24,364 nt of DNA, from positions 1-24,364 of the forward strand of contig JAFCBW010000002.1 of assembly GCA_017610525.1 (NCBI GenBank), given 5' to 3'. Under the pieces are notes generated by a model that saw only the letters and a program-made list of their open reading frames with translations, was not told where the DNA came from and did no database searches. Both the position numbers and the translations under genes were made by a program. Below are positions 1 through 9,061 of the stretch, piece by piece. Each line of letters opens with the position of its first letter. Position 1 is the first letter of the stretch. This stretch comes from Candidatus Nanohalarchaeota archaeon. GTDB lineage: Archaea; EX4484-52; B79-G9.

Positions 1-2
1 CA

Positions 3-1169
3 GAAAAAATCCCGATATGCTATCATCACATCATGAAAACCGACAAAATCACACGCACACTCATAAAAGACCTCAACCTCGAACACAAACTATTCAACAA
101 AAAAGTCAAAATGGGCTTCTACCACCAAAAAAAAATTCACACCCTAAGCGAACCATGGGACCTCCTCCTCTTCACCCCCCTATCACCCAAAAGCCGCTTA
201 AAATTCGCATACTTCGCAGCAAAAATCATGCTAAAAACAAACTGGCAAAAAGAAGACCAGATAAGCGCAGAAAAATGGCTCAAAGAAAAAACAAACACAG
301 AAATCCTCGACAAAATGTTCGCCCCCCTCCTCAAGATCAAATTCGGCAAAGACTCAAAAAAAATCGCAGCAACCTGGGTCGGCACCCGCCTGCAAATGCG
401 CGAATCAAGCGGACCCTTCGGCTACCTTAAAGGCGGCATAGACACCCTGATTCAAAAACTGAAAACCGAAATCGAATCCAACAAAGGCACAATAATAACA
501 AGCGCAAACGTAACCAAACTCACCTACGACAAAAAAACAAACAAAATCACAGGACTCGAATACACCCACAACAGAAAAACAAAAAAAATAAAAACAGGCA
601 TATACCTCTTCACAGCCGCCCCCCCCATCCTCCTGAAACTAACAAAACTCCAAAAAACCTACGAAACCCAGCTCAAAAAAATCCGCTACAAAGCAACCAT
701 CTGCGCATCCATCGGTCTCGACAAATCCTACAACAAATACTACTGGACCAACTTCATCGACGGCAACTTCACCTTCGGCGGCGTACTCGACCACACAAAA
801 CTAAACCCCCACCTCAAAAACGCAACCTCCATGCTATACGTCTTCACCTACCTCGACACAAGCGACAAACTATGGAAACAGACAGACTCACAGATCCTCA
901 AGACATACACATCCGAACTAAAAAAAATATACCCTCACATAGACAGACACATCCTATGGCACAACATAGCCAAAATGAAATACTCAAAACCCGTATACGA
1001 AATCGAATACCAGAACTACTGCCCAAGCTACAAAACCCCAATCAACAACCTCTACCTTACCGGCATATCAACAATCTACCCAAAAATCCGCAACATGGGC
1101 TCAGCCATAGAATCTGGCACAAAAGCAGGTGAATTAATTGACAGTTTGCATAACAAAAGTAGAGCCTGA
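3..1169 (+). CDS. FAD-dependent oxidoreductase (amine oxidase/protoporphyrinogen oxidase-like), 5'-truncated by the window edge
   Basis: The frame is open from position 3 (EKIPICYHHIMKTD). The YHHI..D, MGFY..K, P.DLL.F, FGYLKGG and C-terminal YLTGISTIYPKIRNMGSAIESG segments are typical of this family. The N-terminal GxGxxG would lie upstream of the window. Confidence 0.75.
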   Translation, partial: EKIPICYHHIMKTDKITRTLIKDLNLEHKLFNKKVKMGFYHQKKIHTLSEPWDLLLFTPLSPKSRLKFAYFAAKIMLKTNWQKEDQISAEKWLKEKTNTEILDKMFAPLLKIKFGKDSKKIAATWVGTRLQMRESSGPFGYLKGGIDTLIQKLKTEIESNKGTIITSANVTKLTYDKKTNKITGLEYTHNRKTKKIKTGIYLFTAAPPILLKLTKLQKTYETQLKKIRYKATICASIGLDKSYNKYYWTNFIDGNFTFGGVLDHTKLNPHLKNATSMLYVFTYLDTSDKLWKQTDSQILKTYTSELKKIYPHIDRHILWHNIAKMKYSKPVYEIEYQNYCPSYKTPINNLYLTGISTIYPKIRNMGSAIESGTKAGELIDSLHNKSRA

Positions 1170-2169
1170 AACAAAAAATCAGGACACAAAAAAACAAGTC
1201 TACAAAGCAGTGAAAAAATCAATGACACAAGCCGGATGGAAAAAGCACATCCATAAAGGCGAAGATACACTCCTCAAAGTAAACATGTGCTGGGCAGACT
1301 TCCTCCTGCCAGGCATGTGCACCTCCCCCTGGGTCCTCGGCGCAGTAATAGACACCATCCAAAACCACGTCGGCAAAATCTACATCGGTGAAGGCCTCGC
1401 AGCCGCATTCCAGTCATGGAAAACCGGATGCAAAATAAACGGCTGGGACCGCGTTGCAAAAGAATACAACATAGGCCTCATAGACCTCTCCAAAAAAGAA
1501 TTCACAAATGTAAAAATGAAAAACGTCCCATTCAAAGTCACACTATCCAAATTCGCAAAAGACATCCCAAACCTCATCACCCTGCCCCTCATGAAAACCC
1601 ACTCCGTAACAACCTTCACCGGCTCACTCAAAAACCAGTTCGGCACCACATTCGGAAAACGAATAACCTACCACCTACAATTAGACAACGTAATCGCCGG
1701 CATAAACGCATCAATCAAACCAAACTTCACAGTCATGGACGGGACAATTGCAATGGAAGGAAACGGTCCTGCAAACGGCAAATCAAAAATAATGGACCTC
1801 ATACTCGCATCCTCCGACCTTGTAGGCACAGACTCAACAGCCTGCAGAATAATGAAAATAAACCCGAAAAACATAGGCCACATAAAAGCCGCCGAAAAAC
1901 AAGGCATAGGAAAAATGAACCCCAAAATAATCGGCCCAACCCCAAAAGAACTCAGAACATACTTCGAACCGGCCATGCCGCAGGGCTACTACGAAAAAGG
2001 CATGCTTCCCCTCCTGAAATCCCCCGCAAAAAACATAGTCTACAACTACTTCTGGAACCCCGGCCGCCTCGGCGTAAAACTCCTGCGCAACTACTGGTAC
2101 CTAAAAGAAGGCATACAATACAAAAACGAAATACTAAAAAACTCAAGATACGGCGCACAATGGAAATAA
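1138..2169 (+). CDS. DUF362 domain protein
   Basis: Motifs LLKVN, PLMKTHSVTTFTGSLKNQFG and MDGTIAMEGNGP. The TTG start has GGTGA 6 nt upstream and overlaps the previous gene. Confidence 0.8.
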   Translation: MTVCITKVEPETKNQDTKKQVYKAVKKSMTQAGWKKHIHKGEDTLLKVNMCWADFLLPGMCTSPWVLGAVIDTIQNHVGKIYIGEGLAAAFQSWKTGCKINGWDRVAKEYNIGLIDLSKKEFTNVKMKNVPFKVTLSKFAKDIPNLITLPLMKTHSVTTFTGSLKNQFGTTFGKRITYHLQLDNVIAGINASIKPNFTVMDGTIAMEGNGPANGKSKIMDLILASSDLVGTDSTACRIMKINPKNIGHIKAAEKQGIGKMNPKIIGPTPKELRTYFEPAMPQGYYEKGMLPLLKSPAKNIVYNYFWNPGRLGVKLLRNYWYLKEGIQYKNEILKNSRYGAQWK

Positions 2170-2386
2170 TTTATAGCAAACCACACCAAAATTTACTCAG
2201 CAGGCGATATACCCAATCACATGCTACTAACACACATTGGACCCCGGCATAAATATCAAAACACACCGGACTCACTGCACTCAAGTAGAGTACTGTCAAA
2301 ACCAATAGGAAATAATACGATTTCACACACAAGTAATACAACTAAACCCTAACACTCATTGAGGACCTATTATTAGTATACACATC

Positions 2387-3028
2387 TCACCTCTTAGCAT
2401 ATCCCACAAGCGAAAACCCGAAAGATGCCCATATCCTCCTGACCTTAACACCCCTGCACCCTGCCTTCTCCATAACCTTCTTCAGATAGCCGGACCGATA
2501 AAAAATCTGCCTGTCAAACGGCCACAAATCAATCCTGCCCACAGCAGTCAAAAACATATAAACAAAATGCAGGGGCGACAAAAAAGCAGGCACAAAAATA
2601 ACCAGATACCCATCCTTCTTAGTCACACGCAACATCTCAGAAACCACATCCTCCGGCACATCAAAATGTTCAATAACCCCCTGGTTCCAGACAACATCAA
2701 AAGATCCCTCATTCATAGGCATCTTAAGAATATCTGCTTTCAAAATCGTACCGCGCGCACAATGAACATCAAGGTTTTCAGAAGCAATCTTAAGAGCATT
2801 ACGAGAAATATCAAGTAACGTAACCTCTGCACCTCTCTTCGCCAAACGCGCAGAAAGCACCCCGGATCCGCACGCAGCCTCAAGGAGATGCACTCCCCGC
2901 ACACCTCCAACAATCCTCACCAGGTTCCCCTCAAACACCCTGCTAAAATACCTCTCATTAACATACTCAATAAATCTCGACACAGCACTCTTCTTAGAGT
3001 AATATTCATTCCACACTTCTTTTGACAT
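2387..3028 (-). CDS. Class I SAM-dependent methyltransferase
   Basis: Motif I LLEAACGSG, then LLDIS, ADILKMP, FDVVWNQGVIEHF and RVTKKDG. Start moved to MSKEVW (3028), which has GGTG upstream. Confidence 0.85.
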   Translation of the reverse strand: MSKEVWNEYYSKKSAVSRFIEYVNERYFSRVFEGNLVRIVGGVRGVHLLEAACGSGVLSARLAKRGAEVTLLDISRNALKIASENLDVHCARGTILKADILKMPMNEGSFDVVWNQGVIEHFDVPEDVVSEMLRVTKKDGYLVIFVPAFLSPLHFVYMFLTAVGRIDLWPFDRQIFYRSGYLKKVMEKAGCRGVKVRRIWASFGFSLVGYAKR

Positions 3029-3046
3029 AAGCACCAACAACACATA

Positions 3047-3132
3047 CATACACACACTTAAGCGCAACGAACCAGTACCCTTTCGTGCACTCGAACAAAA
3101 CACCAATAAGATATCAACCTTTTATAAGGTTG
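3047..3132. repeat. REP-like dispersed element, copy 1 (hairpin CAACCTT-N4-AAGGTTG plus a degenerate CGCTTGAGCGAAGCGA-like part)
   Basis: 3113-3132 matches 19257-19276 at 19/20 nt. 3047-3070 matches 19220-19243 at 15/24 nt. Confidence 0.7.
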
Positions 3133-3134
3133 GG

Positions 3135-4514
3135 CTACTTCTTCATCCACCCCATAAAAGTAAAAAGATACTTCGGAAGCCGAACCATCTGCCCAAAAGA
3201 CATCATACTCAACCCCGCCGCAATCGCATGCGGCCGAAAATAAAACTCCCTATACGCCCGCCGCCTCCACTCCTGAATCTCCTTCGCCGAAAAATCAGGA
3301 TACGAAACAACAGCAGTACCCTGCTCAACCTCCCCCCAGTCATCACCCTCAAACCACTTATTCTCACACGCCATATGATAAAACTTACTGCCCGGGAAAG
3401 GCGTCGCAATATAGAATTGCGCAAAATCAATCTTCAGCTCCTTCGCAAAATCAATCGTCTCACGCTCAGTCTTAGGGTTCGACCCCACAAGCCCGATAAT
3501 GAAATGCCCGATAATCCTGATCCCCGCATCCTTCGCCGCCTTAACCGCCTTGCGCGTCTGCTCAAGAGTAATTCCCTTCCCATTCATATCAAGAACCTTC
3601 TGGCTGCCCGACTCAATCCCAAACGATATCATCTCACAGCCCGCCCTCTTCATCTGCTTCGCAAGCTCAAAATCAAACCTGTCAACACGCGTAGTACAGA
3701 ACCACTTAATCTCCTTATCAAGCCCCTCCTTGATAATCAGCTTACACATATCCACCATATGCTTCCTATCCGCCGTAGAGATCTCATCCCACAGCATATA
3801 CAGGCTAATCCCAAGCTCTCTTGAAAGCCACTTAAACTGCCTGACCATATACTCAGCCGAATGATACCGGACACGCCGATTAGACATCATCGGCATAACA
3901 CAATAGATACATCCATAAGGACACCCTCTCCCTGACCGCACAAACATCCACTTCTCGCCAGTAAGCGGGAAACAATAATCAGGAAACAAATCATACGCCG
4001 GAAACGGCAACTTATCAAGATCCGGCTCCTGCCATATCCCTCCATCGAACTTCCTGGTCGCAACACCGGGCGACTCAGGCTTCCCTGAAAGTATCTTCAT
4101 AATCGGCGTCTCAGACTCCCCCAGCACACAGAAATCCAGGTACTTATACTCCTTGAACAGGCTCTTAAACCTCGCAGTCACATGCTCTCCATACACAATA
4201 ATCTTAGAGCCGGTATCCTTCTTAATACACTTAGCAGTCTCCATATCCATACGGATTGTAGGCGTGGCAGTATTAAGCACAGTAAACTTCGGCCCAAACT
4301 CACGAACTGCAGCCATACAATCATCAAAAGAAATCCTCGACCCGACACAATCAATAACCTTAATATCATACTTCTCACGAACAGCCCCGGCAATACTAGC
4401 AAAAGCTGTCGGAGGAAACGTATCAAGCCACGTACCTTCCTCACTCTGGCACCTTCCGTCACGGCTAAACCTGAGCTCACGAACAGGAGGATTCAACACA
4501 AGAACTTTAATCAT
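3135..4514 (-). CDS. Cobalamin-binding radical SAM protein
   Basis: CxxxCxxC in RGCPYGCIYC, an N-terminal B12-binding-like region (LNPP...YGEHVT), and ISFGIESGSQ and FIIGL. Start chosen at MIKVLV by GGTGA spacing, with 4529 as the alternative. Confidence 0.85.
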   Translation of the reverse strand: MIKVLVLNPPVRELRFSRDGRCQSEEGTWLDTFPPTAFASIAGAVREKYDIKVIDCVGSRISFDDCMAAVREFGPKFTVLNTATPTIRMDMETAKCIKKDTGSKIIVYGEHVTARFKSLFKEYKYLDFCVLGESETPIMKILSGKPESPGVATRKFDGGIWQEPDLDKLPFPAYDLFPDYCFPLTGEKWMFVRSGRGCPYGCIYCVMPMMSNRRVRYHSAEYMVRQFKWLSRELGISLYMLWDEISTADRKHMVDMCKLIIKEGLDKEIKWFCTTRVDRFDFELAKQMKRAGCEMISFGIESGSQKVLDMNGKGITLEQTRKAVKAAKDAGIRIIGHFIIGLVGSNPKTERETIDFAKELKIDFAQFYIATPFPGSKFYHMACENKWFEGDDWGEVEQGTAVVSYPDFSAKEIQEWRRRAYREFYFRPHAIAAGLSMMSFGQMVRLPKYLFTFMGWMKK

Positions 4515-4534
4515 TAACATCACCACCATAATCT

Positions 4535-5206
4535 CTAAAATAAATTAACAAACACCCGCCACACATAAATCCCACCCATAATCCAAAGATTAATACCCGA
4601 CTCACCACATTCCCTCGCAAGCTCCATACTAGGAACCTCAACAATCTCATACTTCTTCTTATAGCACTTCATAACCATCTCAGTCTCAATATCAAACCCA
4701 TCTGCCTTCAAACCAAGATCTTTAGCAACCGACCTCCTAATAGCCCTAAACCCATTCTGCGTATCAGCAATGCCCTTGCCAAACCTCCAGTTAATAATCT
4801 GCGCAATACACATACTCATAAACAGCCTGAAAAACTTCGAAAAACTACCATGCAGCTCCTCACTCCCGCCAAGCATCCTCGATGCGATAACCATGTCCAC
4901 AGAACCCTTTTTTATCGGCGCCACAATCTTTGGAATATCCGCTGCAATATGCGAACCATCAGAATCGAAAAACACTAAAATATCACCCTTAGCCTTCCCG
5001 ATAGCAACACGTATTGCATCTCCCTTCCCACGACCATTATCCACAACCACTCTGACACCCATCGACTTTGCAATCTTTTTCGTATCATCACTGGACTTCT
5101 TGGCGCAGACAACAAGCACATCATCACCGTATCGGGCAACACTCTTAATAATCTTCCCGATAGTCTTCTCCTCATTAAAAGCAGGTATCACAATAGTCGT
5201 CTTCAT
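4535..5206 (-). CDS. GT2 glycosyltransferase (dolichol-phosphate mannosyltransferase-like)
   Basis: IVIPAFNEE, GKGDA, DxD motif FFDSDGSH, DTQNGFRAIR and FDIETEM. Confidence 0.9.
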   Translation of the reverse strand: MKTTIVIPAFNEEKTIGKIIKSVARYGDDVLVVCAKKSSDDTKKIAKSMGVRVVVDNGRGKGDAIRVAIGKAKGDILVFFDSDGSHIAADIPKIVAPIKKGSVDMVIASRMLGGSEELHGSFSKFFRLFMSMCIAQIINWRFGKGIADTQNGFRAIRRSVAKDLGLKADGFDIETEMVMKCYKKKYEIVEVPSMELARECGESGINLWIMGGIYVWRVFVNLF

Positions 5207-5322
5207 ACATCATAACCTCAAAATCATCAAGCCATCCACATAAGCACAACACACAGATACAAATATTAAACATGCAAACTTAAAAAATAATTAACAATCA
5301 CAAACTCTATCCCACAAAATAA

Positions 5323-6273
5323 TCAGCCGTCAGTCGACCACACATCAAAAAAACGCATTGAAACCAGACCAAAAATCAAAAAAATCACATAAGACAAAAC
5401 ACGATAAACAATAACCCCTGCAACAATCACATCAATACTCATCCCCGATAAAGACACCAAAAAAACAAGCGCCGCCTCGAAAGATCCCAAACCTCCAGGC
5501 AAAAAAGTAACTGCGCCCACAAGAAAAGAAATCGAAACAAGAACAAAACAAACCAACGGGCTCAAAAACAACCCGACAGACAGCAAAGAAAGATACAGAA
5601 CCAAACCCTCAAAAAACCATATGACCGCAGTCGAAAGCATCAACCACCAAAGAAATCCGCCGGACTTCGTCCGCTCAACCGCCGAACAAAAAAGAGCAGG
5701 ATCTACCTTATACCTAAAAACTCCATTCACCTTCCCGATAACAAAAAACACAAACTTCTTATTCAAAAGAGCAAAAACAACACACAAAACAACAAACATA
5801 ACAAGCACAAACACCTCAAACAAATGCAACTGAGCCATTTCTAACCCGGACATAAACACCAATGACCCCACAAGAGAAACCAGCACCAACAAAACAACAT
5901 CCACAACCCTCTCAATAACCACCAAAGGGACAGTACCGGACATCCTGTCATGAGTCATCCTCTTCAAAAAATAAGCCCTGATTGGCTCACCTACCTTCCC
6001 GGGAGTAAGAGCACTTGCGAACAGACCCAAAAACATAGACACGCAGGAATAAGATACCTTCACCCTATACTTGGAATTCAAAAGAAGCATATGCCACCGG
6101 TACGCTTTCAAGAACAGCACAAAACAACCAAGCAAAAAAGCAGACACAACAAAAAACACATCCGCCCGCCCCACAACCACCAATGCCCCTGAAACATCAA
6201 AAAAGAAAGACAAAAAAACAAGAATCAAAAAACTAACAAAATACGTAAGAACACTAAAAGCACGGCACTTCAT
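5323..6273 (-). CDS. Flippase-like membrane protein (lysylphosphatidylglycerol synthase TM/YbhN family)
   Basis: Many hydrophobic segments with RW..LL, TPGKVGEPIRAY, IERVVD, LPGGLGSFE and YRVLSY. Confidence 0.85.
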   Translation of the reverse strand: MKCRAFSVLTYFVSFLILVFLSFFFDVSGALVVVGRADVFFVVSAFLLGCFVLFLKAYRWHMLLLNSKYRVKVSYSCVSMFLGLFASALTPGKVGEPIRAYFLKRMTHDRMSGTVPLVVIERVVDVVLLVLVSLVGSLVFMSGLEMAQLHLFEVFVLVMFVVLCVVFALLNKKFVFFVIGKVNGVFRYKVDPALFCSAVERTKSGGFLWWLMLSTAVIWFFEGLVLYLSLLSVGLFLSPLVCFVLVSISFLVGAVTFLPGGLGSFEAALVFLVSLSGMSIDVIVAGVIVYRVLSYVIFLIFGLVSMRFFDVWSTDG

Positions 6274-6366
6274 AAAAACACTTAAGAACGGATTAATATA
6301 AAATTAATGCGCAGCCAAAAAAAATAGCACCATGCACAACAGAACATAACAGGCAAAAACCCAAAT

Positions 6367-7992
6367 CTAACCGGCAAAATCCCGCACTCTCTCGACAAAC
6401 AAATCCGAAGGAACAACAATAGTCACAGGATAACTCATAGGATCATTAAAATGAGCAACATTCCCAAATATCCTGATCTTCTGCTCATCATCAGGATTCC
6501 TAAACCGCCCCCCCTCATCTAAAAACGCCTGCGAAAACATAGAAACCACATATTGCGGCTGATTGCGCTCATAATTGCCAATAAGCACAAAACTGATTCC
6601 ACCCCCCTCAAGCAAATCAACAAAACCCTCCGCATCCCTTGGATAACCACGCACAAACCGATTAGCATACCAATAATACTGCGGAATACTGGCACCAACA
6701 ATAGACTCCCCCACAAGTGACTCAGCCTCAACAAAAGAAGACGCCTGAATCAGCGACGGATAACCAATCGCAGTACTGCGCTCAAGCTTCGGAGCAATCA
6801 CGCCGCTATAATTAAAATACACCGAAACCAAAAGAACCAGCGCACAGGCGCCAAGAGACAAATGCTCACTCTTCAAATCACGCTTCAGCCACGGATACAC
6901 AACCTTCATAAGACCCATACCCGAAAGAACAACCATAAACGGAACCCACGAAACCATCATTCTCTCCTCTTTCCATCCAAACTGGCTAAAGTACAGAAAA
7001 TTTACCAGTAAAATGATAAGACAATACACACCAAAATCCTCCCTCTTATAAACAACATACCCCACCCCAAGCACAAACATTAAAAACACGGTGATACCCA
7101 AAACAGAATAGCCCAAATTCAAATAATAATACCATGGAAACGAAGCCACACTATAAGTACTAATACGATTCTGAGCATCAAGAATACCCCCAATCGCATT
7201 TCCGGTTTCTCCCTGCACATAAATCATCCATGGAGCCAAAACAACCAAAAAAAGAATCAAAGACAAATAAACATGCTTCGACTTAAACAGGCAAGATACT
7301 TTTCTCCTGCTCCCAACCCATAAATACGCAAGATACACCGCCGCCATCACAGCAAAAAGTACAGCATTATATCTCGTAAGAAAAGAAAGCCCAAGAAGAG
7401 AACCTGCCACATAAAAATATTTTGTATTTTCATTAACCCCCACAAAAAAAAACATCGCAGACAAAAAAAACAACGCAGAATAAGTTATATCAGTCAGAGT
7501 ATTCAATGCCAGCGTAAAAAATACAGGAGTACTCGCAAGCAAAACCCCGCAAACAAGAGCAGTTTTCTTATCAGCATATTTTCTCACAAAAAAATACACT
7601 GCAAAAATAGAAAGCAACGCAAACATAATCCCTGATATCTTCGTAGTTTCATAAGACACACCAAACAATGCAAAAGCAACCGCAACAGATAAAGGATACA
7701 CAGGCAGCCGACCTGTCTGAGCCGCACCATTCAGCGCATACCCATCACCCCTCAAGACAGACCGCGCAATAGACGCATACTCCGCCTCATCCCACATAAA
7801 CATCTTATACGCGCCAAGATTAGAGAAAAAAAAGCCCCCCAGCAAAACCAACAGAACTATAACTTCCTTATTCTCAAGAATATATTTTTTAATCGCAGAT
7901 AAAACATTACCCCAATCAAAAAGCTTGGAATCATCCAACTCTCCAGAAATCCCACCATGATTCTTGACCCTTCTCAAACAAACACCCAACAA
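6367..7992 (-). CDS. GT-C fold membrane glycosyltransferase (ArnT/PMT-like); start uncertain
   Basis: WDEAEY first-loop acidic motif, RLPVYP, TDITY, LTRYN and PWYYY in a polytopic membrane protein. Confidence 0.8.
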   Translation of the reverse strand: MLGVCLRRVKNHGGISGELDDSKLFDWGNVLSAIKKYILENKEVIVLLVLLGGFFFSNLGAYKMFMWDEAEYASIARSVLRGDGYALNGAAQTGRLPVYPLSVAVAFALFGVSYETTKISGIMFALLSIFAVYFFVRKYADKKTALVCGVLLASTPVFFTLALNTLTDITYSALFFLSAMFFFVGVNENTKYFYVAGSLLGLSFLTRYNAVLFAVMAAVYLAYLWVGSRRKVSCLFKSKHVYLSLILFLVVLAPWMIYVQGETGNAIGGILDAQNRISTYSVASFPWYYYLNLGYSVLGITVFLMFVLGVGYVVYKREDFGVYCLIILLVNFLYFSQFGWKEERMMVSWVPFMVVLSGMGLMKVVYPWLKRDLKSEHLSLGACALVLLVSVYFNYSGVIAPKLERSTAIGYPSLIQASSFVEAESLVGESIVGASIPQYYWYANRFVRGYPRDAEGFVDLLEGGGISFVLIGNYERNQPQYVVSMFSQAFLDEGGRFRNPDDEQKIRIFGNVAHFNDPMSYPVTIVVPSDLFVERVRDFAG

Positions 7993-8019
7993 ACATTAAG
8001 AAAACAACTTTTTTAAACC

Positions 8020-9057
8020 TTACACAACACCCTGCAAAAACAGCGCAAACCCCAAAAGACAGATAACCACTTCCACCGCAATCAAAATAGCCGACACCTG
8101 CCACTCCCTGAACCTTCCCATCCTCATCACCACATGCGTAAGCGAAAGCACCTTCTTGCCTGGCGCCCTAAGCGTCCCATCTTTTTGCAGCACCCCGAAA
8201 CTCTCAGCCCGGAACCCTGACCTCAACTTAAGCGCAAACTCCACAAACCACGGGATAAAACAAAAAAGAGCAAACTTCTCAATATTACCAAGAATAGCCA
8301 CAGTCGCCGCCACAGCACCAATAGTATAAGTCAGGCTATCCCCTGCAAACAACTTGGCAGGATACCAATTAAACAAAAGAAACGCAAACAACGCAGCCAC
8401 AAACATAAACGCAATAGCAACCGCAATCGTACTTCCACCCTGCAAATACGCATACAATCCAAGAGCACCAATCAAAACAGCCCCAAGACCCGCCTCAAGC
8501 CCATTCATCCCCGCAAGCATATTACACGCATTAGAAGCCCCGAACACCGCAAGAGGAATAATAAACAGCGGGTACAAAATCCCAATATCCATCGGCCCTA
8601 AGAACGGGACAGACACAACAGACACCCCCGACTGCACAGCCATCAGCGGAACAGCAGCCGGAAGCGGCAGCAAAAACTTATGACGCTGCTTAAACCCCAC
8701 CCTCTTGACAGACTTATAATCCACAGAACCAGACTGCGAAGAGCCCCGCTTCAAAAGAGCCGTAAGATCATCAAGCATCCCGATAAGCGTAATCAGCGTA
8801 ACAGTCAGCATCGCCGCAAGCAAAGAAATATACGCCTCATTCCTGAAATAAAACGTATTAGTCGCAGTATAAAGAAGCGCACCCGCAAGAAAGCCGATCA
8901 ACACAGGAACCCCGCCCATCTCAGGCACCTCTGGCCTGCCCTTCTTCTGGATATCCTTACCGACAACAGAAATATTCCTCAAAAACACAATACTCTTAGG
9001 GATAACAAGCAGCGTCGTCATAAACGTAACAAGCAAAGACCCCAAAAATATGATCAT
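8020..9057 (-). CDS. UDP-GlcNAc:dolichol-phosphate GlcNAc-1-P transferase (GPT/AglH-like, MraY superfamily)
   Basis: VPEMGG, GMLDD, NACNMLAGMNGLEAG and FNWYPAKLFAGDS. Confidence 0.9.
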   Translation of the reverse strand: MIIFLGSLLVTFMTTLLVIPKSIVFLRNISVVGKDIQKKGRPEVPEMGGVPVLIGFLAGALLYTATNTFYFRNEAYISLLAAMLTVTLITLIGMLDDLTALLKRGSSQSGSVDYKSVKRVGFKQRHKFLLPLPAAVPLMAVQSGVSVVSVPFLGPMDIGILYPLFIIPLAVFGASNACNMLAGMNGLEAGLGAVLIGALGLYAYLQGGSTIAVAIAFMFVAALFAFLLFNWYPAKLFAGDSLTYTIGAVAATVAILGNIEKFALFCFIPWFVEFALKLRSGFRAESFGVLQKDGTLRAPGKKVLSLTHVVMRMGRFREWQVSAILIAVEVVICLLGFALFLQGVV

Positions 9058-9061
9058 AAGA

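Noticed and set aside
2170-2386. Small gene or ncRNA between the convergent DUF362 and methyltransferase genes
   Set aside because: Only a ~43-codon motif-free ORF and 4-bp hairpins are present, which is not enough support.
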